Positions 34,604 to 42,611 of a stretch of 42,611 bases of DNA are shown here, piece by piece. The first letter of the stretch is position 1. The number at the start of each line of letters is the position of its first letter. Both the position numbers and the translations under genes were made by a program. Under the pieces are notes generated by a model. The model was not told where the DNA came from. It saw nothing but the letters and a program-made list of their open reading frames with translations, and searched no databases. Origin of the DNA: Candidatus Fermentibacteraceae bacterium (lineage in GTDB: Bacteria; Fermentibacterota; Fermentibacteria; Fermentibacterales; JCC-6); NCBI GenBank assembly GCA_041686025.1, contig JAWLEP010000011.1:1-42611 (forward strand). The letters are read 5' to 3'.

Positions 34604-35811
34604 GGAACCCTCTTCCAGGCGGCGGCGAAAAGCCCGTCAACACCGTGATCCGGAGGGAATATGCTAAGCGCTCCGTCGCTGACAAGCTCGCGGGGGGCGG
34701 GAAACGCCACCGGCCGCAGGTCCGGATGCCGGGACAGAAGGGCCTCCGCCGCCCCGGCGTTCTCCTCCGGCTCCAGGCTGCAGGTGGAGTACACCAGCGT
34801 CCCCCCCGGCGCCAGCAGACCCGCCGCCGCCTCCAGCAGCCCGGTCTGGGTGCGGACGCAGTCCCGCAGGAGCCCTTCGGACCACCCGTACTTCGCGTCC
34901 CGCCTCCTGCGGTATACGCCGGTGCCCGTACAGGGGGCGTCCACCAGGATCGTCTGGAACGTCCCGCCAAGCGGCAGGGCCCCGCCCCGGGCCACCACCC
35001 CGTGGCACCCCGGCAGGTCCAGTCTCCGGACATTGCTGCGCCAGACGGACATCCGCTCTGCTGACCCGTCCACGGACACCACCGTTCCGGCTCCGGCCAG
35101 GTGCACGGTCTTCCCGCCCGGTGCGGCGCCCAGCTCCAGAATTCGCTCACCGGAGACCAGGCTGCGTACCCCCTGTCCCACCAGGGCTGCGGCCTCGTCC
35201 TGGGCGTAGGCCCGGTGGCGGGAGAGAAACCGCCCCAGACCCTCCGCAGGAAGCTCCACGCCATCCAGTATCCGGTAGCGGGCAAGCCAGCGGCCGGGCT
35301 TTCCGGGGCAGTCCCCCTCCAGGCAGTAGCAGCCGGTCTGGGGTATGGAGTTGTTCCACCGCAGCAGCTCCGTGGTGCGGGCGGCCCCCCAGCGGGCGGT
35401 CCACCGCTCCACCAGGGCCGGGGGATGGGAGTAGAAGACGGCGGGGTCGGCCTCGCCCCCGACCTCCCCCTCCCCGGCCAGCCGCCGGAGGACGGCGTTC
35501 ACCAGTCCCCGGGCCCTGCGGGGGGCTGCGTCCACGGTCTCGGAGACCGCCGCGTGCGACGGGGTGTCCAGCAGGATCAGCTGCGCCGCTCCCACCCGAA
35601 GAGCCGCCAGCACCACCCCCTCCAGGGAGTCCAGGGGCCTGTCGACGAGAGGGGCCAGGCTCCTGTCGAGCCTGGCCCTCCATGTCACTACCTCCAGCCG
35701 CAGTCTCCGGGCGAAGGCCGCGTCCCTCGCGGAGAGCCTCCCGTCCGCCGGCCTTCCGGCCAGGCGGAGGACGGCGTCCCGGCGGGGGCTATACGTTCCG
35801 GACGCCCTCAA
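34600..35811 (-). CDS. rsmB: RsmB/Sun 16S rRNA m5C methyltransferase (NusB-like N-domain)
   Basis: HAAVSETV, GLVNAVLRR, YSHP..LV.RW, QDEAA, AAPGGKT, DAPCTGTG and LVYSTCSL..EEN; exact start uncertain. Confidence 0.9.
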   Translation of the reverse strand: MRASGTYSPRRDAVLRLAGRPADGRLSARDAAFARRLRLEVVTWRARLDRSLAPLVDRPLDSLEGVVLAALRVGAAQLILLDTPSHAAVSETVDAAPRRARGLVNAVLRRLAGEGEVGGEADPAVFYSHPPALVERWTARWGAARTTELLRWNNSIPQTGCYCLEGDCPGKPGRWLARYRILDGVELPAEGLGRFLSRHRAYAQDEAAALVGQGVRSLVSGERILELGAAPGGKTVHLAGAGTVVSVDGSAERMSVWRSNVRRLDLPGCHGVVARGGALPLGGTFQTILVDAPCTGTGVYRRRRDAKYGWSEGLLRDCVRTQTGLLEAAAGLLAPGGTLVYSTCSLEPEENAGAAEALLSRHPDLRPVAFPAPRELVSDGALSIFPPDHGVDGLFAAAWKRVP

Positions 35812-36028
35812 GCTCCGGGAAGGCCTTCTTGAGGTTCTTCTCCACGCTGTACTGCAGGGTCATGGTGGCGAAGGCGCAGCCGGCGCAGGCTCCCTTGAGG
35901 CTCACCTTGGCCACCTTTCCGTCCAGCCCCATGAACTCTATGTCGCCGCCGTCCTGCTGCAGGTACGGGCGTATCTTCTCTATCTCGGCCCGGAGGTTCT
36001 CCTCGTTGAGCTCCAGATCCTCGGACAT
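35789..36028 (-). CDS. NifU/NfuA-like Fe-S scaffold domain protein
   Basis: IRPYLQQDGGDIE...LKGACAGC...TL..VE..L. Confidence 0.93.
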   Translation of the reverse strand: MSEDLELNEENLRAEIEKIRPYLQQDGGDIEFMGLDGKVAKVSLKGACAGCAFATMTLQYSVEKNLKKAFPELEGVRNV

Positions 36029-36043
36029 CACGTTCCTTTCCGA

Positions 36044-38125
36044 CTAGCCGACCTGAGCTATGACCAGGGAGACCATGGTCATCAGCTTGATCAGTATGTT
36101 GAGGGCGGGGCCGCTGGTGTCCTTGAAGGGATCGCCAACCGTGTCCCCGATCACCGCGGCGGAGTGCTCCGGGGAGCCCTTTCCGCCGAGGTTGCCCTCC
36201 TCTATGTACTTCTTGCCGTTGTCCCAGACCCCTCCGGCGTTGGCCATGAAGATGGCCATCATGACGCCGGTCACTATGGCGCCCGCCAGCACGCCGCCCA
36301 GGGTCTCGGGGCCGAAGGCGAAGTAGATGATCACGGGTATGAGAACCGCCAGCAGACCCGGGAGGATCATCTCCTGCAGGGCCCCTCTGGTGGCAATGTT
36401 AACACACCGCTCGGTGTCCGGTTCCGCCTCCCCCTCCATCAGGCCCTTTATGGTCTCGAACTGGTGCCGTACCTCCTGCACCATCTTCATGGCCGCCTTG
36501 CCCACGGCCTTGAGGGTGATGGAGGTGAAAACGAAGGGCAGGAGCCCTCCGAAGAGCAGGCCGGCAACCACCTGCGGCTTCAGCAGGTCTATGGCCCGCA
36601 GGCCGGTGGAGGCTGCGTAGGCCGTGAACAGGGCCAGCGCGGTAAGGGCGGCGCTTCCGATGGCGAAGCCCTTGCCCATGGCGGCGGTGGTGTTCCCCAG
36701 CGAGTCCAGCAGGTCGGTCCTCTTGCGGACCTCCGGGGGCAGGCCGGCCATCTCGGCTATTCCGCCGGCGTTGTCCGCCACCGGACCGTAGGCGTCGACC
36801 GACATGGTCATGCCCACGTTCATCAGCATGCCCAGGGCGGCGATGGCGATGCCGTACAGGCCGGCGAAGTGGTAGCTCACCAGAGTGGCGGCGGCGATGA
36901 ACAGTATGGGGAACACGGCGGACTCCATGCCCACGGCCATGCCCTCGATGATGGTGGTGGCGGCCCCGGTCTGGGCGCTTCTCGCCACGCTGCGCACCGG
37001 CGGGCCGCTGGTGTAGAACTCCGTAATAAGGCCTATGGCGGTGCCGGCGACTATGCCGCAGACCAGGGCCCAGAAGACCCCGATGCTCACGTCGAACAGG
37101 TGGATGGCCAGAAGGCCCAGTCCCACCGAGAGCACCGTGCTGACGAAGGTGGCGTTGCGCAGAACCGTGTGGGGCCGGCTCCTCCTGCTCAGCAGGCTGA
37201 CCGAGAAGACGCCGGCCAGGCTGGCCACCGTGCCCAGGGCTGCCAGAATCAGGGGCAGGGCGATCAGGGTCTCCCTGCCCATATGGGCGATCCGGCCCGG
37301 CCCCCCCCCGAAGAGGGAGTGAACCTGGGGCAGGGTCATTCCGAAGGCCAGCACTATGGAGGCTATGATGCTCCCCACGTAGGACTCGAATAGGTCGGCC
37401 CCCATGCCGGCCACGTCGCCCACGTTGTCGCCCACGTTGTCGGCGATGACGGCGGGGTTCCGGGGGTCGTCCTCGGGTATCCCGGCCTCCACCTTGCCCA
37501 CCAGGTCGGCCCCCACGTCGGCGGTCTTGGTGAAGATGCCGCCCCCCACCCTGGCGAAGAGGGCTATGGAGCTGGCTCCCATGCCGAATCCGGCGATGTT
37601 GCTGATGGTGAGCGCCGGGGCGTCGATGCCCAGCACCGACTGCACCAGGTTCCTCAGGGTTGCCACGTTGTGGAAGGCCAGGTAGAAGCCGCACACCCCC
37701 AGCAGTCCCAGCACCGCCACCGCCAGACCCATCACCGAGCCGCTCCTGAAGGCGATCCTCAGGGCCTCGGGCAGGCCGGTGCGGGCGGCGTTGGCCGTGC
37801 GCACGTTGCCCAGGGTGGCGGAGTTCATGCCCAGCCATCCGGCCACCATGCTGAACGCCGCGCCGAAGACGAAGGCCAGGGCGGTGGCCCTGTGCACTCC
37901 CAAGAAGAGCGCCACCGCCACCAGCACCACGAATATCAGCAGTATCCTGTACTGGGTCTTCAGATAGGTCATGGCGCCGCTGTATATCTGGTCCGATATC
38001 CTGTCCATGGCCTCGGTCCCCCGCGGGGCCTTTCTCAGGTTCCTGTAGAAGAGAAGGGCCGTCAGCCCGGCGGCAACGGCAACCACCGGTCCGAGGTATC
38101 GCGTAACCAGGGAGAATGCATCCAT
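36044..38125 (-). CDS. hppA: Membrane pyrophosphatase (K+-dependent, probably Na+-translocating)
   Basis: [78 protein letters not shown] and [17 protein letters not shown]. Confidence 0.97.
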   Translation of the reverse strand: MDAFSLVTRYLGPVVAVAAGLTALLFYRNLRKAPRGTEAMDRISDQIYSGAMTYLKTQYRILLIFVVLVAVALFLGVHRATALAFVFGAAFSMVAGWLGMNSATLGNVRTANAARTGLPEALRIAFRSGSVMGLAVAVLGLLGVCGFYLAFHNVATLRNLVQSVLGIDAPALTISNIAGFGMGASSIALFARVGGGIFTKTADVGADLVGKVEAGIPEDDPRNPAVIADNVGDNVGDVAGMGADLFESYVGSIIASIVLAFGMTLPQVHSLFGGGPGRIAHMGRETLIALPLILAALGTVASLAGVFSVSLLSRRSRPHTVLRNATFVSTVLSVGLGLLAIHLFDVSIGVFWALVCGIVAGTAIGLITEFYTSGPPVRSVARSAQTGAATTIIEGMAVGMESAVFPILFIAAATLVSYHFAGLYGIAIAALGMLMNVGMTMSVDAYGPVADNAGGIAEMAGLPPEVRKRTDLLDSLGNTTAAMGKGFAIGSAALTALALFTAYAASTGLRAIDLLKPQVVAGLLFGGLLPFVFTSITLKAVGKAAMKMVQEVRHQFETIKGLMEGEAEPDTERCVNIATRGALQEMILPGLLAVLIPVIIYFAFGPETLGGVLAGAIVTGVMMAIFMANAGGVWDNGKKYIEEGNLGGKGSPEHSAAVIGDTVGDPFKDTSGPALNILIKLMTMVSLVIAQVG

Positions 38126-38249
38126 CGGGTTTCCTCCGATTGTGTTTATTCGCGTGAACCGGCGCGGGCGTGCGGTGGCCGGCGGAGGCTGAAGCCGCCG
38201 GGCCGGCTTCGGAACTTGCCAGGTTTACTAACCACCTCGGCCGCAGGGG

Positions 38250-39851
38250 TCAACCCCCGGAACCCCCCTCGCCGTGCAGTAAATCGAGGGCCCGCCCCGC
38301 CCCCCGGTGACCGGGCCGGCTCCGCAGCACGGCCCTCCACCAGGAGGCCGCCTCCTCCCACCTTCCCTCCCGGGCGGCCAGCAGGCCCAGATTGTACATG
38401 GCCTCCGTACGGTTGAGGTCGTAGGCTTGCGTGTCGCTTCCCCGCTGCACCGCCTGCAGGAAGAGCTCCCGGGCCTGGGAGGGACGGCCGGCCCGGTAGT
38501 GGGCCAGGCCGTCGTAGAACTCCATGTTGACCCCCGCCCCCCGGGCACCGCCGGCGGTGGCCAGGGAGAGAAGGACCGCTGCGGCCAGGCCCGCCGGGGC
38601 CAGCCTCAGCGAGAGGCCCGGGGCCCTGGAGGCACAGGCTGCGGCCCACAGGAGCAGGAAGGGCACCATGGGAAGCCTCATCCTGGCGGTGACGAAGAAG
38701 ACCATGGGCGCCAGGGCCAGCAGCCCGGCCCAGGCCAGGGCCCGCACGGCCGTCCGGGGAGCGCCGCCGCGGAGGGTCACCGCCAGGGCCCCCGGGACCA
38801 GGAGCCACAGCAGCAGAAGGGGGGCGGATACCGGCGGCGGCCAGACCAGCAGGGCCAGCACCGGGGAGACGCCCCTCACGTAGTAGGGGTCGTAGTTGGA
38901 GGGCACCTCCACCGGGGAGAGCAGGAACAGCAGCTTGCGCCCCTCCAGTCCCAGCCAGCGCAGCGGGCGGGAGAACACGTGGGCCAGCGTCCTCCCGGTC
39001 CACCAGGCGGAGACCGTCGACGGGGAACCGGGCCGGCCGTGGGCGGCCCGGTAGCCGGCCATGGCCGCCGCCTGTACGTTGTCCCGGTAGGGCATGCCGT
39101 CGATATCCCCGGGAACGCTGCCGGCGGGGACGGGTGCGAAGGCGGTGACCCCGTCCGCCTCCGGGCCGTTGCCTATGTAGAGGTTCACGCCCCCCTGGCT
39201 GGACAGGACGGTGAGGGGGTCCCCGGAGAGGGCGTTGGCGCCCCACACCGCAAGCACGGGCAGGGCGAACAGCAGCACGCCGCGGACCCCCGGCCTCTTT
39301 CGCGCCCACAGCGCCGGAAGCGCCAGCAGGGCCGTGGGTCGGGCCGCCGCCGCCAGGCCCAGCAGCGGCCAGGAGGCCGTTCCCCGGGCCTCCGCCGCCC
39401 GGAAGGCGGCCAGGAGCAGCAGTATGTACAGAGGCGTGATAAGCAGCGACGTGGAGAGGAGCACGTCGGTGCCCCAGACCGCCCAGAGGGCCGCGCACAC
39501 CGCGGCGGCTCCGGGGCCGCCGGCCCGCAGCGCCGTCCTGTGCAGCAGGGCGGTGGAAGCGGCGGCCATAAGCGCCGAGAGCAGGACGCCGGCGGTGACG
39601 CTGCTGCCGGTGACGGAGTACAGGGCTCCCAGCAGCCACGGGTACAGGGGCGCCCTGAAGAAGGGAGCGTAGGCCAGGGGGGAGCCCTCCGCCACCAGGC
39701 CGGCCCACAGGTGGTGCCACCGGGCGTCTATTACGGGGGAGTCGAAGAGGGGGTGTCCGGAAAGGACCGCGATGTGCGCCACCCTGACCGCCAGCGCCAG
39801 TCCCGCCAGCAGCAGCGTGTGCAGCCGGGTGCGGGCCGCGTCAGCTCCCAG
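38250..39851 (-). CDS. GT-C fold (family 39/PMT-2-like) membrane glycosyltransferase with C-terminal TPR
   Basis: PVID...H.WA, FFRAPLYPW.L, GG.NLYIGN.P.ADG, FFVTAR.RLP; many TM helices; TPR-like end (EAMYNLG). First TM extends in frame to a CTG at 39851; the ORF track start is 39782. Confidence 0.75.
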   Translation of the reverse strand: MGADAARTRLHTLLLAGLALAVRVAHIAVLSGHPLFDSPVIDARWHHLWAGLVAEGSPLAYAPFFRAPLYPWLLGALYSVTGSSVTAGVLLSALMAAASTALLHRTALRAGGPGAAAVCAALWAVWGTDVLLSTSLLITPLYILLLLAAFRAAEARGTASWPLLGLAAAARPTALLALPALWARKRPGVRGVLLFALPVLAVWGANALSGDPLTVLSSQGGVNLYIGNGPEADGVTAFAPVPAGSVPGDIDGMPYRDNVQAAAMAGYRAAHGRPGSPSTVSAWWTGRTLAHVFSRPLRWLGLEGRKLLFLLSPVEVPSNYDPYYVRGVSPVLALLVWPPPVSAPLLLLWLLVPGALAVTLRGGAPRTAVRALAWAGLLALAPMVFFVTARMRLPMVPFLLLWAAACASRAPGLSLRLAPAGLAAAVLLSLATAGGARGAGVNMEFYDGLAHYRAGRPSQARELFLQAVQRGSDTQAYDLNRTEAMYNLGLLAAREGRWEEAASWWRAVLRSRPGHRGAGRALDLLHGEGGSGG

Positions 39852-40305
39852 AGCGGATCCTCTCCAGCAGCCCGGTGGTGGAGTAGCCGGGAAGCAGGGG
39901 GACCACCACTACCCTTCCCCCACAGGCCTCCACGGTGTCGCGTCCCACCACCTCCCCGGGAGCGTAGTCGCCCCCCTTCACCAGCACGTCCGGCTGCAGA
40001 AGCTCTATGAGCTCCGCCGGAGTGGGCTGCGAAAAGGGCACCACGTGGTCCACCCACCGAACGGCCTCCAGGACCGCCGCCCTGCTCTCCAGCGGGTTCA
40101 CCGGCCTTCCCTCCCCCTTCAGGCCGGCCACGGACCCGTCGGTGTTCAGCCCCACGAAGAGGCTGTCGCCCAGCTCCGAGCAGCGCCGAAGCAGGTCCAC
40201 GTGGCCGGGGTGGAGTATGTCGAAGCAGCCGTTGGTGAAGACCAGCGTCCGTCCCCGCCGGTGCAGGTCCTTCGCCCGCTCCCCGGCCCGGTCCCGGCTA
40301 AGCAT
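39841..40305 (-). CDS. rfaE2: D-glycero-beta-D-manno-heptose 1-phosphate adenylyltransferase (HldC/RfaE2)
   Basis: VFTNGCFDILHPGH, GLNTD.SV..LKG..RP, PDVLVKGGDY and GYSTT. Confidence 0.95.
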   Translation of the reverse strand: MLSRDRAGERAKDLHRRGRTLVFTNGCFDILHPGHVDLLRRCSELGDSLFVGLNTDGSVAGLKGEGRPVNPLESRAAVLEAVRWVDHVVPFSQPTPAELIELLQPDVLVKGGDYAPGEVVGRDTVEACGGRVVVVPLLPGYSTTGLLERIRSGS

Positions 40306-41290
40306 CGCCCGACCTCCGCCTGTAGGCCTCCATCTCCCTGGCCAGGTCCTGGGCCGTAACCGCGTAGACGCCGGGCTCTCCGCAGACAGCCGCCGCGGCG
40401 AAGTTGGCCAGCCGGGCGCCCTCCGCCGGATCGATGCCGCCGCCCAGGGCCAGGGCCATCACCGCGGCCACCGTATCCCCGGCTCCCGATACGTCGTAGA
40501 CGCGATGGGCCGCGGTGGGCAGCATGTCGGGACGGCCGCCGCGGGAGAGCAGCATGGAGCCGCTGCCGCCCAGGGTGAGAAGGACCGCTGCGCAGTCGAG
40601 CCTCCGCAGCAGCTGCCGGCAGGCCTCCGCGGCGTCGGCTTCGTCGCCTATTCTCATCCCCAGCGCCCTCTCGGTCTCCCTGCGGTTGGGCTTGAAGAGG
40701 CTGCAGCCCCGGTAGGAGAAGAAGTTCAGCTCCTTGGGGTCCACCACCACCGGGACCCCGGCATCCGAGGCGGCGGCCATGACGGCCTTGGGAAGCCCCG
40801 CGAAGACGGTTCCCTTCTCGTAGTCCTCGAACAGCACCGCGTCGAACTCGGAGAGGCGGTCCAGCACCGCATCCATCAGCGAGCCCTGCGCCTCCCGGGC
40901 AGGGGGGTGGCTGTCCTCGTCGTCCAGCCTCATCAGCTGCTGGCTCTGGGACATGATCCTGGTCTTGGTGGTGGTCCGCCGGCCCGGGTCCTCAACCAGG
41001 CGGGAGGCGTCCACCCCGGATTCGGCCAGCAGGCCCCGCAGCCTGGCCCCACCTTCGTCCCGTCCGATGACCCCCGCCAGGGCCGCGCTTCCCCCCAGCG
41101 AGACGATGTTCCGTGCGGCGTTGCAGGCCCCGCCCCCGATCCAGCGCTCGTTCTTCCTGCGCAGCCGTACCACGGGCACGGGGGCCTCCGGAGAGATCCT
41201 GTCCACGTCGCCGGCGAGGTAGTGGTCGAGTATGGGATCCCCTACGACCAGCACCCTTGTTGAAGCCATCCTTTGGAGTATTCTTTCCAT
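40298..41290 (-). CDS. rfaE1: D-glycero-beta-D-manno-heptose-7-phosphate kinase (HldA/RfaE1, PfkB family)
   Basis: VLVVGD..LD.Y..G.VDRISPEAPVPVV, GGA.N.A.NI, TTTKTR, DY.KG, VDPK, KPN..E and DVSGAGDTV; start 41290 or TTG 41308. Confidence 0.94.
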   Translation of the reverse strand: MERILQRMASTRVLVVGDPILDHYLAGDVDRISPEAPVPVVRLRRKNERWIGGGACNAARNIVSLGGSAALAGVIGRDEGGARLRGLLAESGVDASRLVEDPGRRTTTKTRIMSQSQQLMRLDDEDSHPPAREAQGSLMDAVLDRLSEFDAVLFEDYEKGTVFAGLPKAVMAAASDAGVPVVVDPKELNFFSYRGCSLFKPNRRETERALGMRIGDEADAAEACRQLLRRLDCAAVLLTLGGSGSMLLSRGGRPDMLPTAAHRVYDVSGAGDTVAAVMALALGGGIDPAEGARLANFAAAAVCGEPGVYAVTAQDLAREMEAYRRRSGDA

Positions 41291-41379
41291 ACCCGACTCG
41301 GGCAGCAATTGGACCTCCGTTCGAGTCCCTGAGCAATGAGATCACCGGGCCGCCCCCGCGGCCTGCACCGGGAGGTATG

Positions 41380-41688
41380 ATGATAAAGCAGCCACCTCGA
41401 ATCAACGTCAAGCAGGAGGAGGCGGACGGAGTATACAGCAACCTGGTCCTGATCGCCTTCTCCCGGGACGAGTTCGTGCTGGACTTCGCCAGGATGATGC
41501 CGGGCATAAAGACAGCCTCCGTGAAGTCCCGGGTCATAATGTCGCCCCACAAGGCCAAGGCCTTCGTAAAGGCGCTGCAGCACAGGATAGAGGCCTACGA
41601 GAAGAAGCACGGGGGGCTGGAGGCATCGGAGATGCAGTCCCAGATGGGCTTCCAGAATCCCCAGGCTGAGCGGGAGGAAGGGGATTGA
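41380..41688 (+). CDS. DUF3467 domain protein
   Basis: GVYSNLVLI..S..EFVLDFA..PG...A.V.SRVIMSP..AK...AL...I..YE..HG; SD GGAGG. Confidence 0.85.
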   Translation: MIKQPPRINVKQEEADGVYSNLVLIAFSRDEFVLDFARMMPGIKTASVKSRVIMSPHKAKAFVKALQHRIEAYEKKHGGLEASEMQSQMGFQNPQAEREEGD

Positions 41689-42398
41689 AGAGGCTTCTCC
41701 AGGGCCCCTGGGCCCTCTCTGCCGAGAAGGCGGGGGGCGCGCTCCCCCTGATCGCAGCGCTGGCCATCGCCCTGATCCTCTGGGTGGTTGCCAGGCGCGA
41801 CCGGACCTTCGTGGTGAGCCATACGGTCCCGGTGGAGGCGGCGGCCCCCCCCGAATCCCTGGTCTACCTCCAGGACGCCGCCAGGGAGTCCGTAACGGTG
41901 GCCTTCTCCGCCAGCGGGGCCGACGTTCTGCTGGACCAGGCCATGGGCCGGCCCGCCGGCCTTTCCCTGAGGATGAGCCCCGCCGACCTCAGGGGCCCCT
42001 TCCCCGCCAGCGTGGGCTACACGCCCTCCGAGGACCAGCTGGTCTTCCACGGAAGGAGGTACTCGCAGCTGACGGCGCAGAGCTTCTCCCCCGAGCTGGT
42101 GACGGTGGTGCTGGACCGCCGGGCCGAAAGCCCCCGTCCGGTACGGGTACGGGTCTCCGGCAGGATACCCGCCCGCTACCTGTGGACATACGCCGAACCG
42201 AACACCGTGACCATCGAAGGTCCCGCATCGCTGGTGGAGACCGTAGCGGCGGTCACCACCGAACCGGTTCCTCCCGACGGCAGCGTGGGCAGCGTGGGAC
42301 TGTCGGAGCCCGATCCCAGGATCGGCTTCGGAAGCGACGTGGCCGACGTACGGGTGGTAGCCCCCATCTGTCCGCTGCAGGCGGTATCGGTACGCTGA
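41685..42398 (+). CDS. YbbR/CdaR-like membrane-anchored protein
   Basis: N-terminal TM (ALAIALILWVV), V.V..SG and AEPNTVTIEGP.S.V..V..V.TEPV YbbR-like pattern; TTG start overlapping the upstream stop. Confidence 0.65.
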   Translation: MKRLLQGPWALSAEKAGGALPLIAALAIALILWVVARRDRTFVVSHTVPVEAAAPPESLVYLQDAARESVTVAFSASGADVLLDQAMGRPAGLSLRMSPADLRGPFPASVGYTPSEDQLVFHGRRYSQLTAQSFSPELVTVVLDRRAESPRPVRVRVSGRIPARYLWTYAEPNTVTIEGPASLVETVAAVTTEPVPPDGSVGSVGLSEPDPRIGFGSDVADVRVVAPICPLQAVSVR

Positions 42399-42440
42399 GA
42401 CACCTGCGGGCCGCAGTCCGAACGCCTTCGCCCTTCCACC

Positions 42441-42540
42441 GTCGGGGCTCACTGACGGCCGCGGAGGCTCATTGACAGCCGTCGGGGCTCATTGACAGCC
42501 GCGGAGGCTCATTGACGGCCGCGGAGGCTCATTGACAGCC
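42441..42540. repeat. Five tandem 20-bp repeats, G(CGGA/TCGG)GGCTCA(T/C)TGAC(A/G)GCC
   Basis: Units start at 42441, 42461, 42481, 42501 and 42521, head-to-tail with no spacers. Confidence 0.95.
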
Positions 42541-42561
42541 CGAGATCGATCGGGGTAGATT
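42532..42561 (+). promoter_or_regulatory. Sigma70-type promoter using the last repeat's -35 box
   Basis: TTGACA (42532-42537)-N18-TAGATT (42556-42561), about 40 nt upstream of ATG 42601. Confidence 0.6.
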
Positions 42562-42600
42562 CCGAAACGTTCAGACAACACGGAATAAGGCCACAATTCC

Positions 42601-42611
42601 ATGGTACGAAG
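42601..42611 (+). CDS. Possible start of a gene truncated by the window edge
   Basis: ATG GTA CGA preceded by TAAGG and a promoter; too short to identify. Confidence 0.35.

Noticed and set aside
38126..38249. Na+-sensing riboswitch upstream of hppA
   Set aside because: Only generic GC-rich stems; I could not match a known aptamer consensus by eye. An Rfam scan would be needed.
41311..41335. tRNA or tRNA-derived att site (GTTCGAGTCC T-loop-like word at 41319-41328)
   Set aside because: The flanks (CTCCG / CCCTG) do not form a T-stem; no cloverleaf, CCA or integrase nearby.
42441..42540. CRISPR array
   Set aside because: The repeats are contiguous 20-mers with no unique spacers, and no cas genes are present in the window.

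Overview
High-GC bacterial chromosomal segment, densely coding and mostly on the minus strand. SD-led genes, T9SS-type C-terminal domains, PorV/PorU homologues and ADP-heptose genes suggest a diderm FCB-superphylum lineage outside Bacteroidota (e.g. Ca. Fermentibacterota; inference only). The left half (about 2.3-24.6 kb) is one co-oriented, largely translationally coupled cluster resembling a type IX secretion (T9SS) attachment/cargo locus. In order: yggS, divIVA, two tandem C25/PorU-like paralogues, porV, an M6 metalloprotease with FG-GAP repeats, a DUF5683-like protein, an HEXXH peptidase, a small exported protein, a ~1040-aa putative beta-barrel with a SprA-like segment, an Omp85/TamA-like protein and a further CTD-bearing propeller protein. 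The right half is housekeeping: split rfaE1/rfaE2, a GT-C glycosyltransferase, hppA, a NifU-like gene, rsmB, a PASTA protein, rpe and the ffh-rpsP-khpA-rimM-trmD-rplS-rnhB-yraN-comM run. A TPR + small secreted protein pair lies on the plus strand between yggS and comM. A 5x20-bp tandem array carrying repeated -35 hexamers sits at the right end. No rRNA, tRNA, CRISPR array or mobile element was found. All calls come from motif reading only.
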